DNA of 64,000 bases from Nemertoderma westbladi (Eukaryota; Animalia; Xenacoelomorpha): the NCBI GenBank assembly GCA_032718475.1, contig JAUCBJ010008463.1, forward strand, positions 5,522 through 69,521, in the 5' to 3' direction. The position numbers were made by a program, and so were the translations under genes. Below are positions 38,113 to 49,345 of this stretch, piece after piece. The notes under the pieces were generated by a model. The model made no database searches. It had not been told where the DNA came from and saw only the letters and a list, made by a program, of their open reading frames with translations. How positions within the stretch are numbered: position 1 is the stretch's first letter; every line of letters begins with the position of its first letter.

Positions 38113-41007
38113 GTGAGGAAGGTCATCCCTCCTGTAGTAATAACAGAACCTAGGCTGGTCCAACATCGTAGGTCTATCATAGGCACTCGAGCTCAGGTCA
38201 AGCGGGACCAAGAAGCAGCAGAACAGCAACAACCCGCGAGCCAAGAACTTACTTCTCAACGGCCCAACAGCTCCAGTAGTGAGGATACTGTAGAACTGAC
38301 ACCAGAACGCGGAGCAAAGATGATGGATGCGGTTTATTCGGATCCCCTTCTCATCCTTCCTGCAGCCGTACTCACTAGGTTATTGATTGCGGTGGAAGAA
38401 CACCAGATCGATTGGGCGAGAAGTCAGCGATCAACTAGAGATAGTTATGCGGGATACACGAGGGAAGAACTGAAGTCTATTGTCGAGTCGCAATGGAACT
38501 TCCCCGGACCCGGACTCCCGTTTGATTTATCAGAAGCTGCCTGGGAAGACATACATCGGATGGGAGTAGCCAAAGAAACCATAGATCCCGCTGTGTGGAA
38601 GAGGTCCGCAGCCGGATACGCACAGGGATTCTTCAGCTCTATGGAGCGAGTAAAAGGACAACTGTTTCAACAACCACAAGGACCTCAAGAGCAGGGACAA
38701 CTGCTTTATCAAGTTAGAGAAAGAATTCTACGAATCAGGCTAATATTATCGGCCTTTGAGGAGGCTTCTAAACGAAGGCAAGACACGTCGTTGCAAGTTG
38801 CCGTAAAGACTTGGTTTCAAAGGGTGAGTCTCCAGGTTCAAGGAACAGCTCAGTGGAAAGCTCAGCTAGAGGAGCGCTCAACCCATGGAGAATCAACAGA
38901 CGCTACTTTTTCCCAAGTGGAAAGTGAAGCGACGGCAGAGAAACCGCATAAGAGGGATGCCATTGACATCTATCTGTCAGACTATCAACGTTTTTTAGGT
39001 GATGACGAGTTGAGGAGAAGGTTAGAGGGACTTAGCCCTAATAGTGAAGGAACCAAGCTTGTGTTGGATGCCATCGATGTGGAAATGAGGGCTGCAAACC
39101 AGGCTAAATTTGATGAACAACTCCGCATCACCAGAGTCCAAGAAGAACAAGTAAAGAAAAAACGTATAGAAGACAGAAAGGCAGCGGCAGTAGCAGCAGC
39201 AGTGGCAGCTGCAGAAGCAGAAAGAAAAGCGGCAGCGGCAGTGGCAGCGGCAGAGGCAAAAGCGGCAGTAGCAGCAGCAAAGGCAGTGGCCGAAGCGGAA
39301 AGAGAAGCGGCGGAGGCAGTGGCAGAAGCAGAACGGAGAGCGGCTGAAGAAACCACCCAATTAGAATTGGAAAGCATTCAGGAGAATCAAGACTGCATAA
39401 ATAAACAGTTAACAGCTAGTAATATGCAGATGATGAATCGATCTACTCCCAAAAGACAGGGATATACATCATCTGAGGAAGGCGATACCACCGATACTGA
39501 AGGCAAAGGAAATAGATCTCGTCTAAGCAGACGTAAAAGAACATTCCACCGTCAGAAATTGCCTGATTTGCCTCCAGCTGTTAGAAGGCAACTAAATAAC
39601 ACCAACTTAGGTAGTACAGAACCCACAGACCAAATAATTAAAATAGAAAGACTCCCTACTATAGTAGATGAGCCTGAAATAATTAGGCCTGTTCTTGAAA
39701 TCACCCCTTCGGTGATAGACACACCTGTGCTCCCTGAAACTACCTCTAAATTCCCTCTGCATAGCACTAAGCTACCTGTGCCCAGTAGAACTGCCCAGGA
39801 GACAGTTCAGGTCCTGGACCCCGAGCGAAATATACATGATTTGTCGCCCGTTGTCCCTCGTCCGCCCGCTACAACGTTGGCGACTCCCGCTTCGGCGGTC
39901 GAATGGGTGGACGAGAGACGACGGGGGATGGATCTCCTGCTCGGACAGATGCAGGAGACTGTTCAACAATTCAAAGGCACAGTAAGGGAAAGTAGGCTAG
40001 AGTTGCAAGAAGTGCAGCAAAGTATCGCGCTAGAACGCGATAAATTAGTAAATGCACAAAAGGGTATACCACCACCCTCTGTAACAATGTGTCAACCTGT
40101 TAGGTCTGAAGTATCGCATGCGCAAGGTGTGGAGCCTACACGCATCTATACTGCTAGCGAAGTAGAAACTCCTATAGTGAACCCTATTAAGGGTAATTAT
40201 AGACCTGTTGATAATGATATTCCATATAGAACGGATCATAATCCGAGAAATTTATATACCGATAACTCGATATTAAATAACACGATGGCCCAAGAAAGTT
40301 TTACGCGTCAAATGGCTAGAACCGAAGCCCGGCAAGCTGTAAAGGTGGGAGAGATCGTCAAGTTCAATGGAGATGAGATGAAATGGTTACCTTTTAATGA
40401 ATATTACAAAGATAACATACAGAACTCTGTGCTATCTAATGGAGAGAAACTTAGATTCCTCATCGAATGCTTGGAAGGATCTCCCAAGTTAATGGCGTTA
40501 AAATTTATTGGACATCCAGACGGATTAAGACAAGTTTGGGATACACTTAACATCAGGTATGGTAATAGGAATAACATAGCTGGGTATTTGTATGCAAAGT
40601 TGGTAGCGCCCCGAAAGTTTATTAGCAGCGGAATTATAGAGTTTTCCGATGAGATTCAGGAGATCTGCAGACAATTAGATTGGCTAGGTAAGTCTCATGA
40701 GTATCAGAACACTATGGTTATTAGAGCAGTAGCTTCTACTTTACCGAAGGGTGGAGTAGGCACACGCTGGGATAAGAAAGTGTTATATATGATGGAACAA
40801 CAACGAAGAGACCCTACCATGGCTGATCTCATGTCATTCCTAGATGGAGAAGTGAAATTACAGCTCCTGAAACTGTCCAGAGAGAAGACACCGGAAAACA
40901 AGGTAAGTGAAAAACCCGTCGCTAGGAGAAAGGTAACACCAGTGTGTTATACAGATGATGGCGAAAGCCAGACTTCTCAAGGAGAAGATAGTCGGGAAAG
41001 ACACTGA
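38113..41007 (+). CDS. BEL/Pao Gag (first ATG 38320) with Ala/Glu-rich repeat and DUF1759-like domain
   Basis: KFNGDEMKWLPF...EKLRFLIECLEG...RYGN pattern of the BEL gag core. Confidence 0.85.
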   Translation: MRKVIPPVVITEPRLVQHRRSIIGTRAQVKRDQEAAEQQQPASQELTSQRPNSSSSEDTVELTPERGAKMMDAVYSDPLLILPAAVLTRLLIAVEEHQIDWARSQRSTRDSYAGYTREELKSIVESQWNFPGPGLPFDLSEAAWEDIHRMGVAKETIDPAVWKRSAAGYAQGFFSSMERVKGQLFQQPQGPQEQGQLLYQVRERILRIRLILSAFEEASKRRQDTSLQVAVKTWFQRVSLQVQGTAQWKAQLEERSTHGESTDATFSQVESEATAEKPHKRDAIDIYLSDYQRFLGDDELRRRLEGLSPNSEGTKLVLDAIDVEMRAANQAKFDEQLRITRVQEEQVKKKRIEDRKAAAVAAAVAAAEAERKAAAAVAAAEAKAAVAAAKAVAEAEREAAEAVAEAERRAAEETTQLELESIQENQDCINKQLTASNMQMMNRSTPKRQGYTSSEEGDTTDTEGKGNRSRLSRRKRTFHRQKLPDLPPAVRRQLNNTNLGSTEPTDQIIKIERLPTIVDEPEIIRPVLEITPSVIDTPVLPETTSKFPLHSTKLPVPSRTAQETVQVLDPERNIHDLSPVVPRPPATTLATPASAVEWVDERRRGMDLLLGQMQETVQQFKGTVRESRLELQEVQQSIALERDKLVNAQKGIPPPSVTMCQPVRSEVSHAQGVEPTRIYTASEVETPIVNPIKGNYRPVDNDIPYRTDHNPRNLYTDNSILNNTMAQESFTRQMARTEARQAVKVGEIVKFNGDEMKWLPFNEYYKDNIQNSVLSNGEKLRFLIECLEGSPKLMALKFIGHPDGLRQVWDTLNIRYGNRNNIAGYLYAKLVAPRKFISSGIIEFSDEIQEICRQLDWLGKSHEYQNTMVIRAVASTLPKGGVGTRWDKKVLYMMEQQRRDPTMADLMSFLDGEVKLQLLKLSREKTPENKVSEKPVARRKVTPVCYTDDGESQTSQGEDSRERH

Positions 41008-44000
41008 CCGCGCTTATTACGTAAATAAAATGCCTAGAGATCAGGTAAGTAAATTTAAGTCTCGAACAAATGACAGGAGAGAACAGGTAAGAAAAACTCC
41101 TCCTACGTCTCCCAAGAGAATTCAGGTGAGAAAGCCCGAAGAAAAAACAAGTGTACACAATGTCACCCAAAATAAGGTAAGTAACATCAAACCGAAATGT
41201 GCGCTGTGTGACGGGACCCACCGTTTGAATATGTGTGATGAATTTCTAAAGAAATCATTAACTGAGAGACGTGAAGTCATGTGGGACAAGCGGTTATGTT
41301 ATAATTGCCTCAGACAAGGACACCAACGGCGAACCTGTTACTCTGACACAAGATGTGCCAAGTGCGGTGCGAAACATCATATCTTGTTGCACGCTGAATT
41401 CGAGCGAAATAGTCCGAGTCAGGTAAGTGATTCCGAACTACATGTCCAATTCAGTGATGTGAACGACACTGATCAATCTGAGATGGAAGGATTCTATACG
41501 GACGAGTTCTCCGACGAAAACGAATCCTGTTACATGATAAATACCACAGTGTATCGAGCACTCATTTATGAAAAGGATACATCAGACATTGACCTTGCTT
41601 TAAATACTTCTGATCGACAACCATCTTGGAAAGCGCCAACTTCCAATGTAGGGATTAGAGAATTTCCTGTGGTACAGGTAAGGGTTCACGGACCTAAGAG
41701 GAGTTACGTAGTGAACGCCCTCCTTGACTCCGGTAGTACAGGAACATTCATCGACCAAGAGCTAGCCGAAGACATATTTGCTGGACAACCCAAGTTCCGA
41801 ACTACGCTAAACATGTCAGGCATTATGCAAGTTTGGAAATCTACAATAACAGCGGATTATTATGTAGGAGCGTTGTCCACCCCCCAGGACGAACTAGGAG
41901 AACATAGCATAAGGTCAGTGAAAATGGTGGCTATAAAGAACTTCGCTACTACTCAAGCAGACCTTTATAATTGGGACGAGGATGAGAGCATCCAACATCT
42001 TAACATACCTCGATTCCAGACTGATTATCCTGGAGTGCAAATACTCATCGGCCAAAACGCGCATGAGGCGCTGGAGACATTAGAGAAACGGCCTGCTCAA
42101 CCGCAGCCGCTACAGACCTATGCGGTAAGAACTAGAGTAGGTTGGTACTTTACTGGCCCTTCCCGTAGAACACTCAGAGAAAGACTACCGCCAGAGAGCG
42201 TCTGCCAGGTGAGTGAATGGGAAGATGATACTAGTGAGGGAGACGATTTAACTGAGGGAACTCCATACTCCTCAGATAACGACGACATTCACCAGCTTTT
42301 TGATGAGGAGAATACCATCGATCTCCTTAAGGAAAACGAGGCTTGGCAAAACCAAGTGAACTTATGTCAACTTCTTTATCCATCTGAACGAGAAGCTTAT
42401 AACGACGAGTTAAATGACGTCATCGAGCGTTGTAATGCCAAGACTCGAGATGAACATGCCGTACGATTCTTTACGCAAGAGGCGGTAGAGCCCAATTCCT
42501 ACGATAAAGCCTTATCGGTGGAAGAGGAAAGGGCCAAGCAGATCCAAGAGACAACTACACGTTTCCTCAAAGATCAAGGTAGGTATGAAGTCGGTCTACC
42601 TTTCCGCAAGAGAGAACCGAAGTTCATCAATAACAGACCCTTGGCGGAGAAAAGAATCGCGCAACTCCATCGACGCCTTACGGCTAATTCTTCAGCCAAA
42701 GACATGTATCAAACACAGCTGGAGAAATTTATTAGTAAGGGATACGCGGAGAGAGTACCGGAAGAAACACCTGTGACTGAAAGAACGTATTACTTAACTC
42801 ACCATTACGTTCCTAAACCCGGTAAACCACATGAAGTGAGAGTAGTGTTTGATGGCTCCGCTCTTTACATGGGTCAATCCCTTAACTCTGAATTGTTACC
42901 CGGACCCAACTTACTTCAATCTTTGTTGGGAATTCTTTTAAGATTGAGACAATATTCGATTGCTTTCGCCTCCGATATAGAAGGCATGTTCTTACAAGTC
43001 AAGGTGCTAGATAGGGATCGAGATAGTCTACGATTTCTGTGGTGGCCCGAAGGAGACCTCAACCAGAAACCGGTGGAGTACTGGATGACCATCCAGGCCT
43101 TTGGGATAATCTCAAGCCCTTCCAACGCCTGTTCGGTAGTGCGTACCACTGCAGAGGACAACCGAGAGGCATTCTCTAAGGAAGTGATCGACAACATCAA
43201 GAGAGACATATACATGGACGACAATCTGAAGTCCCTCCCATCAGTTGAGGAAGCCATTGAGGTCGCTAAAGGAATGGTAGAGTGCTTAAAAAGAGGTGGG
43301 TTTCGATTAACAAAATTCACCAGCAACTCCCGTGAGTTTCTGGAGTCGATCCCTGCGGAAGATCGAGGGGCGAAAGATCTAGATTTGATCAAAGATGATC
43401 TGCCAGAAACCAAGACACTCGGCTTGAAATGGGACACAGAGCGAGATATCCTGTTTTTCCAACTAAAACAGCGAGATAATCCAGTTCGAACCAAACGGAT
43501 TTGTTTAAGTATACTGAGCACTTATTTCGATCCATTGGGATTTATTAGCCCAGTTATATTGATTGCTCGGAGTTTGGTACAACAAATGTGGCTTGAAAAC
43601 CACTCATGGGATGATCCACTTAAGGGAGAATTATTAAAGAAGTGGATGAAATGGGAAGATTCTCTGCCGGCTATCGAGGATTTTATAATTTCCCGTTCAT
43701 ATTTTGGTCATGTTCTCCCTACGTATTCCTATCAACTCCATGTGTTTGGAGACGCCAGCGATATGGGAATAGGTATAGTAGCCTATCTAAGAGTGGAAAC
43801 TCCGGATGGAATCAAAGTCGCCTTGGTTACTTCTAAGGCATTAATCAACAACAAGTTGAAAGTTCCTCGAGCGGAGTTAAAAGCGGCTCTATACGCTACA
43901 GCCATCGGCCGGAATGTAACAGAACAGATTGACTATCCATTAGAGAAAACTGTCTATTGGACCGACGCTTTACTCGTGTTAGAGTATATAACCAATGAAG

Positions 44001-46096
44001 TCTGTCAGTTCAGCGTCTTCGTTACCAACAGAGTAGCCATCATACTTAGTCGCACGACGATGGACCAATGGAGACATTGCCCCGGAACGATTAATCCAGC
44101 AGACATCGCTTCCCGAGGAGCGACTCCAAAGGAATTGGTAAATACTCCCGAATGGTTAGGTGGACCCGACTTTCTCTACCGAGAAGAAGAAGAATGGCCT
44201 CCCCATCTCACAACAGCAGAGATCAGACAGGCCAAGGGAGCGGAGAAAGTTAAACCCAAAACTCGAGCGAGTAAATCGAAGTTGTTTAAACCTGCGGTTG
44301 ATCTATCTGTATTATTTACTTCCGGAGAGGATGCTTTGGATCAGAAACCCACCGCCACGGATAAAGAAGTCTTGGAAATCCGTGACAAGGATTGGAAATC
44401 TGGAATACCAGATATCTCACAAGGACTCTCACCTCTCTTGCAGAGAGCGATACGTCACTACAGTTCCTGGAATCGGCTCTGTAAAGCTGTCACCTATTTG
44501 AAACGATGTTTTCATCATCGTTACTCAGGAACAAAGACCAATAGTGATGATGCTCCATCAACATCTGCACGAGTCCATGTTGTTAAAGATCTTCCTAAAT
44601 ACAAGATATCCGACAGGTTTCTAAAGGAGAAGATCAGTTACCAGGAGCATGATGAAACCAACAAACAGATGCTGAGACTCCTACAATGCTATGAGGATTC
44701 CGATAAGTATTTCCTGTTGTTAAGAAATCCGCAGATGCGCTTAAGGGATCGCTTCTCTAGTACCATGATAGATGGGTTAATACGTGTTGGAGGCAGGCTT
44801 ACCAACGCCCCATTATCCTTTGACACTAAGTTTCCCATACTCATTAGAAATCTTGACATACAAATCAAGATGATTGTAGATGTTCATAGCAAACTGTACC
44901 ATGCTGGTAGAGAACGAGTTCTGAGCGAAATTCGAACTCGCTACTATTTTTATAAACCCCGTAGGGCTCTGAACCAAGTTCTTAGGAACTGCATACCCTG
45001 TAGGAAAGCATTCAGTAGGCCTTTAACACAGCGAGAGGCAGAATTACCTAGGGAAAGAGTAAGCTTCTATGAACCACCCTTTACTAATACCGGTGTGGAT
45101 TTATTTGGCCCTATTGAAGTATATCGTGCCCGGACTATAGTCAAGAGATGGTGTGTCATCTTCGTTTGTATGACTTGTAGAGCTATCCATCTCGATATGG
45201 TAAACGATCTATCCACCAACAGCTTCGTGTTGAGTTTACGACGACAGATCGCTCGCTTCGGAACCAGTAACACGATGAGATCGGATAAGGGAACGAACTT
45301 CATTGGCGCCAACAACGAAATTCAAGCTTACGTAAAGGACTGGAACAAAAGACAGGTGGACGATCAGCTAAAGATAACAGCGTCTAGCTGGACCTTCAAC
45401 GCCGCCGACGCCCCTTGGTGGGGAGGAAGTTGGGAGAGATTGATTAGGAGCGTGAAGACTGCGTTCCACTTTATTGTGCCTTGTCGCGCTTATCTCACCG
45501 ACGAACTATTGCGGACGTTAATGGAGGAAATCGCCGCCTATCTCAACGAAAGACCGCTTATGCCAGTCTCTTCAAATCCTGATTCCCTGGAAGCGCTAAC
45601 ACCCGCGCACTTTCTACTGAAGAAACCCGTAGCCATGCTCCCACGATCGGAGATCACAGACGGAGACGAGTACTGCCGTCGAACCTGGCAACTTATGCAG
45701 TTGCTATCCCGTCGTTTCGCTGACCATTTCGAGAAACATTACCTGCCCACTCTACAACTTCGAACTAAGTGGTTTGCGCAGCAAGAAAACGTCAGCGCTG
45801 GAGACATGGTGCTTATTGTGGACCCCGATCTCCCACGTAAGCGATGGCAAACAGGTCGTATCATCGAGACTCATATCTCGAGCGATGGTTTGGTGCGATC
45901 AGTAGAACTCGTCGTCATGCGGCGTAATTTTAAGAAACCAGGGATAGTCTTTGAGACTCAACAGCTCAATCGCCCAGTGGGTCGTTTATGTTTACTGGAA
46001 AGAGACAGAGAGCTCTCCGGAAACTATGGAAGACAAGAAACTCTTCCCACGACCACTTCCCTAATCCAACCGACACCTAGGGACTCCCCAACTTAA
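40955..46096 (+). CDS. BEL/Pao Gag-knuckle/Pol polyprotein (three Cys-His boxes, PR, RT, RNase H, IN), 1713 aa
   Basis: CALCDGTH..C, CYNCLRQGH..C, CAKCGAKHH..LH; LLDSGS; YMDD; FGDAS/PRAEL; HHCC and GVDLFGP/SDKGTNF/WERLI. Confidence 0.97.
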   Translation: MMAKARLLKEKIVGKDTDRAYYVNKMPRDQVSKFKSRTNDRREQVRKTPPTSPKRIQVRKPEEKTSVHNVTQNKVSNIKPKCALCDGTHRLNMCDEFLKKSLTERREVMWDKRLCYNCLRQGHQRRTCYSDTRCAKCGAKHHILLHAEFERNSPSQVSDSELHVQFSDVNDTDQSEMEGFYTDEFSDENESCYMINTTVYRALIYEKDTSDIDLALNTSDRQPSWKAPTSNVGIREFPVVQVRVHGPKRSYVVNALLDSGSTGTFIDQELAEDIFAGQPKFRTTLNMSGIMQVWKSTITADYYVGALSTPQDELGEHSIRSVKMVAIKNFATTQADLYNWDEDESIQHLNIPRFQTDYPGVQILIGQNAHEALETLEKRPAQPQPLQTYAVRTRVGWYFTGPSRRTLRERLPPESVCQVSEWEDDTSEGDDLTEGTPYSSDNDDIHQLFDEENTIDLLKENEAWQNQVNLCQLLYPSEREAYNDELNDVIERCNAKTRDEHAVRFFTQEAVEPNSYDKALSVEEERAKQIQETTTRFLKDQGRYEVGLPFRKREPKFINNRPLAEKRIAQLHRRLTANSSAKDMYQTQLEKFISKGYAERVPEETPVTERTYYLTHHYVPKPGKPHEVRVVFDGSALYMGQSLNSELLPGPNLLQSLLGILLRLRQYSIAFASDIEGMFLQVKVLDRDRDSLRFLWWPEGDLNQKPVEYWMTIQAFGIISSPSNACSVVRTTAEDNREAFSKEVIDNIKRDIYMDDNLKSLPSVEEAIEVAKGMVECLKRGGFRLTKFTSNSREFLESIPAEDRGAKDLDLIKDDLPETKTLGLKWDTERDILFFQLKQRDNPVRTKRICLSILSTYFDPLGFISPVILIARSLVQQMWLENHSWDDPLKGELLKKWMKWEDSLPAIEDFIISRSYFGHVLPTYSYQLHVFGDASDMGIGIVAYLRVETPDGIKVALVTSKALINNKLKVPRAELKAALYATAIGRNVTEQIDYPLEKTVYWTDALLVLEYITNEVCQFSVFVTNRVAIILSRTTMDQWRHCPGTINPADIASRGATPKELVNTPEWLGGPDFLYREEEEWPPHLTTAEIRQAKGAEKVKPKTRASKSKLFKPAVDLSVLFTSGEDALDQKPTATDKEVLEIRDKDWKSGIPDISQGLSPLLQRAIRHYSSWNRLCKAVTYLKRCFHHRYSGTKTNSDDAPSTSARVHVVKDLPKYKISDRFLKEKISYQEHDETNKQMLRLLQCYEDSDKYFLLLRNPQMRLRDRFSSTMIDGLIRVGGRLTNAPLSFDTKFPILIRNLDIQIKMIVDVHSKLYHAGRERVLSEIRTRYYFYKPRRALNQVLRNCIPCRKAFSRPLTQREAELPRERVSFYEPPFTNTGVDLFGPIEVYRARTIVKRWCVIFVCMTCRAIHLDMVNDLSTNSFVLSLRRQIARFGTSNTMRSDKGTNFIGANNEIQAYVKDWNKRQVDDQLKITASSWTFNAADAPWWGGSWERLIRSVKTAFHFIVPCRAYLTDELLRTLMEEIAAYLNERPLMPVSSNPDSLEALTPAHFLLKKPVAMLPRSEITDGDEYCRRTWQLMQLLSRRFADHFEKHYLPTLQLRTKWFAQQENVSAGDMVLIVDPDLPRKRWQTGRIIETHISSDGLVRSVELVVMRRNFKKPGIVFETQQLNRPVGRLCLLERDRELSGNYGRQETLPTTTSLIQPTPRDSPT

Positions 46097-47743
46097 TATC
46101 GTTCAGAGTGGGCGTGTGACTCTATTATTTTATATTATTTTATTATTTTTATATTTATGTATGTATTACTACGTAATTTTATTATAATCGTTTTATTTAA
46201 TTTAGTAGAATCTTATTTAGCGATTATTTAGTAGAATAGTGCAATATATTCATGTTTATTGCGTACGTAATTACGTATATATTATATTTAGTGCGACGGC
46301 AAGAAATAATTCTTTTCCTTCTTCCTTACTGTCCGTATTACATTACAAATACGTAACTACAGTAAGATGAAATGTCCGTACTTATTAAAGTACAATAAAG
46401 CCACTACTATATTCAAGCATTATTGGTAGGCAGAGTATTAGGAATGCAAAGTTCAGATCCTCGTGTCTCGGCTAAACCAAGCTCTGGGTAGACCTTGGAA
46501 ACGACTTGCCTCTTCACACTGACATTGCTTCGTGCGATATTGCTCTCATACCGTATATTAAATAATACATATAGTAGCGTGATGTCCCTTTAACAGTAGC
46601 GTATAACGCAAAATAAATCTGTTAAACCCTTTGACCATCTGTAATTCTAGTCGATTAAGATATCGCGGCACCCACCGATATACTTGAAAGACAAATTCTA
46701 GAATCAGTGGTTAACGTCCCCAGACAAGTTCTGGAATAAATCGGTGCCCATCTCAAATATTAATTATTTAATATTTGCAAATCCAATAAATCAAAATCTG
46801 TAAAATTCAGATCCTTCAACAATTCTAGTCAATTAAGATATCGTAGCATTTACCGATATTCTTAAAAGGACAATTTTCATAGAATTAAGGATCTTGTGTC
46901 CCCAGACATGTTCTAGACTCAAAATATGTCCATTTAATTATCAAATAATAAAATTTCAGGGAATAAATTTAAATTCATGCCTTTTAATGAGTTTAATAAA
47001 TTGCCATTTTTACGCAATTTATAACATTCCCAAAATTCCATTAATTAATAGATCAAGGGAGCGGAGATTTGTCTTATTATGAGTATGAGTGTGCGAAAGT
47101 CTCCCAAACATGGTCAATAGCCGATAAAATTCATAAAGTCATGTATCAAACAGGATATTGACTATTAAAGAATTACTATTAAATAACATCCCAGATCTGT
47201 ATGCATGGGAATTACTCTAATTCTACCGCTAGCTTTGCATAATGTCACCATGGCAACAACCACGCTAGAATTAGAATTGAGTTAAAAGAACAATAGAAAG
47301 CTTGTCCCATTGAATAGCATAGGGAATAAATAGCGCACTGCTAGTATCCAAGGATACATAATAATACAGTGACATTCTGGAAGGCATTGACTAACGGACA
47401 AATGGCCCGAATGTGCGTAGTTGTGACCAGTTGTGTGGTATTTGTGAGTTTATAGGTGAATGTTACTGCTAAAGTGTGTTTACAGTAGCTAGTCGCAATC
47501 GTGAAAGTAACCTAACTCTCCAAGGAAAACCTGAAGTACATCTAAGCCTTTGGGACGGACAGTGGAGTGACTTGTGCCGGTTGTCGTTGTCGTTGTGCGG
47601 CTACGTCGTTGGCGAAAGTACAGCGGCGACAACACATCGGCGCTGAGGATCTCGCACTGTCCGGGGGCTGATTGGGGTAGGCAGCGACGCCTGCTCGCCT
47701 AAATATAAACTCATTATAATATGGATAAATTTATATAGCAGAT

Positions 47744-48874
47744 ATGATTGAGTTGATAGAAGATGATCTTGGTATCAGGGAGCGATATACTCTACCTTTA
47801 CAAGCATTTTTTGATAGCTTGATACACGGCGATGCTGGTCCAACTGCTGCGGAGGACGATGATCGTTATATCGAACCGCCAATGTCCCAAGAGCAGCTCA
47901 CGCATGAGTTGGACTATAAGAAATTCACCGCTCGCTATACGCATCGTAATGGTACGTATGTGGACTTCTTAACTACTGGTCATCCTATCGATTTACACGA
48001 TACGGACAATGTCGACACTAAAAGGGAAATGGTACGATTGAAATATCCTACCCAGCGGAGGCGGAACGATAAACCGAGAATGGAACACGAGAATTCTATT
48101 CGAAACAGACTCGAAAGAGAAGACGTTGAGGAGCCGGATAAACGCAGCGACTTCAACGATTATCTGGAATTCCTGATAGAAACATATCTCAATATTGCCA
48201 GTCAACAAAATCTAGAAACTCGATATCCTCAAGGTATACATCATGACCGCATGGTAGAACTCAAACGGCTCTATTCCCCTATGATGTATCTTACCGCCGA
48301 TCGACCGCTACCTGTTGTACCGAATAGCTTCGAACGGATGGAGGAATATTGTAAGCTGGAGAAAGATCACTCGCGTTTCCCCTACAAGACGTACGTTTTT
48401 GGGTATTATTGTGATGAATGCCCAAGACCCAACCAACAAACAAAAAGACATAAACATCCGCGGAGACGTTGCTTTAAACACGGTTTTACTCGCTATACTT
48501 ACGGGAGTTTCGAGCGAAACTTGTTCAATGTATCACCTACGCTCGTTCGACTCAAACGATCCTTAAATAAACCAATGATCAGAGTTTCGGAATACTCGAT
48601 CAGAGCTCCTCATTCCCTAGTGAGGCCTCAGACTCTTGATCCTATTAGTATGACGGATCCTCCCGAGCTGTACTCACTGCTCAAAGATCTAGTGTTACCT
48701 GAACGATTAGTCGGTGGCACCCCAGTTGTGGGTTTCTTAGATATTAGCCCATCCTACCTAGCCGGATTGGGACGCGGACATTTAATATCGCCGTTTAACC
48801 CTTACCATCGTCCCGGCTTGACACGATATAACCTGTCACCAGAGTGGCAGAGAACGTTGTACCAAACCAGTTAA
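47744..48874 (+). CDS. Extra ORF3 of the BEL element, unknown function (376 aa, CxxC...CxxH, no evident TM segment)
   Basis: Long ATG-initiated ORF between integrase and the 3' LTR; degraded continuation to 49267. Confidence 0.75.
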   Translation: MIELIEDDLGIRERYTLPLQAFFDSLIHGDAGPTAAEDDDRYIEPPMSQEQLTHELDYKKFTARYTHRNGTYVDFLTTGHPIDLHDTDNVDTKREMVRLKYPTQRRRNDKPRMEHENSIRNRLEREDVEEPDKRSDFNDYLEFLIETYLNIASQQNLETRYPQGIHHDRMVELKRLYSPMMYLTADRPLPVVPNSFERMEEYCKLEKDHSRFPYKTYVFGYYCDECPRPNQQTKRHKHPRRRCFKHGFTRYTYGSFERNLFNVSPTLVRLKRSLNKPMIRVSEYSIRAPHSLVRPQTLDPISMTDPPELYSLLKDLVLPERLVGGTPVVGFLDISPSYLAGLGRGHLISPFNPYHRPGLTRYNLSPEWQRTLYQTS

Positions 48875-49345
48875 ACGCTATTCTACAAAGATCAGAAAGG
48901 AAACCTACGTTTGTTCAGATAAACGTAAGTTGTAACAGCAAGTCCAAGCGATAAACGAATTGTCTTTATCTCAGTTCGATTGTGAAATCCAGAATCTCTA
49001 AGAAGATATCGCACTTAGACAACCCCATTCTCTGCGAGAGTTTTTGGATGAACGTATCCAGCTACGAGCGGAGGAAAATCAGCTCGAGGAGAAGCATATC
49101 GAAACGGCGGATACCCCGACCATAATCCTACACCTTCTGATGCAATCATATTGCACCCTTCACCCAGGATTTATAGCCCTCCTAGTAAAGTGGCTCCCCC
49201 CAAAGAGAAAAGGACTCTTGCTAGCCTCAAAAAACTGCGTAAACGCCGTCTGCGTAAGAAAGACTAACTGTTTAGAGTATTTTTATATTTTAGAAACTGT
49301 GATTTGTTATATTTTATAGACTTAAATCCCATTTTCTGGGAGCGG

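Noticed and set aside
47605-47660. Hammerhead ribozyme (GAAA ... CTGAGGA) before ORF3
   Set aside because: The flanking bases cannot form stem II
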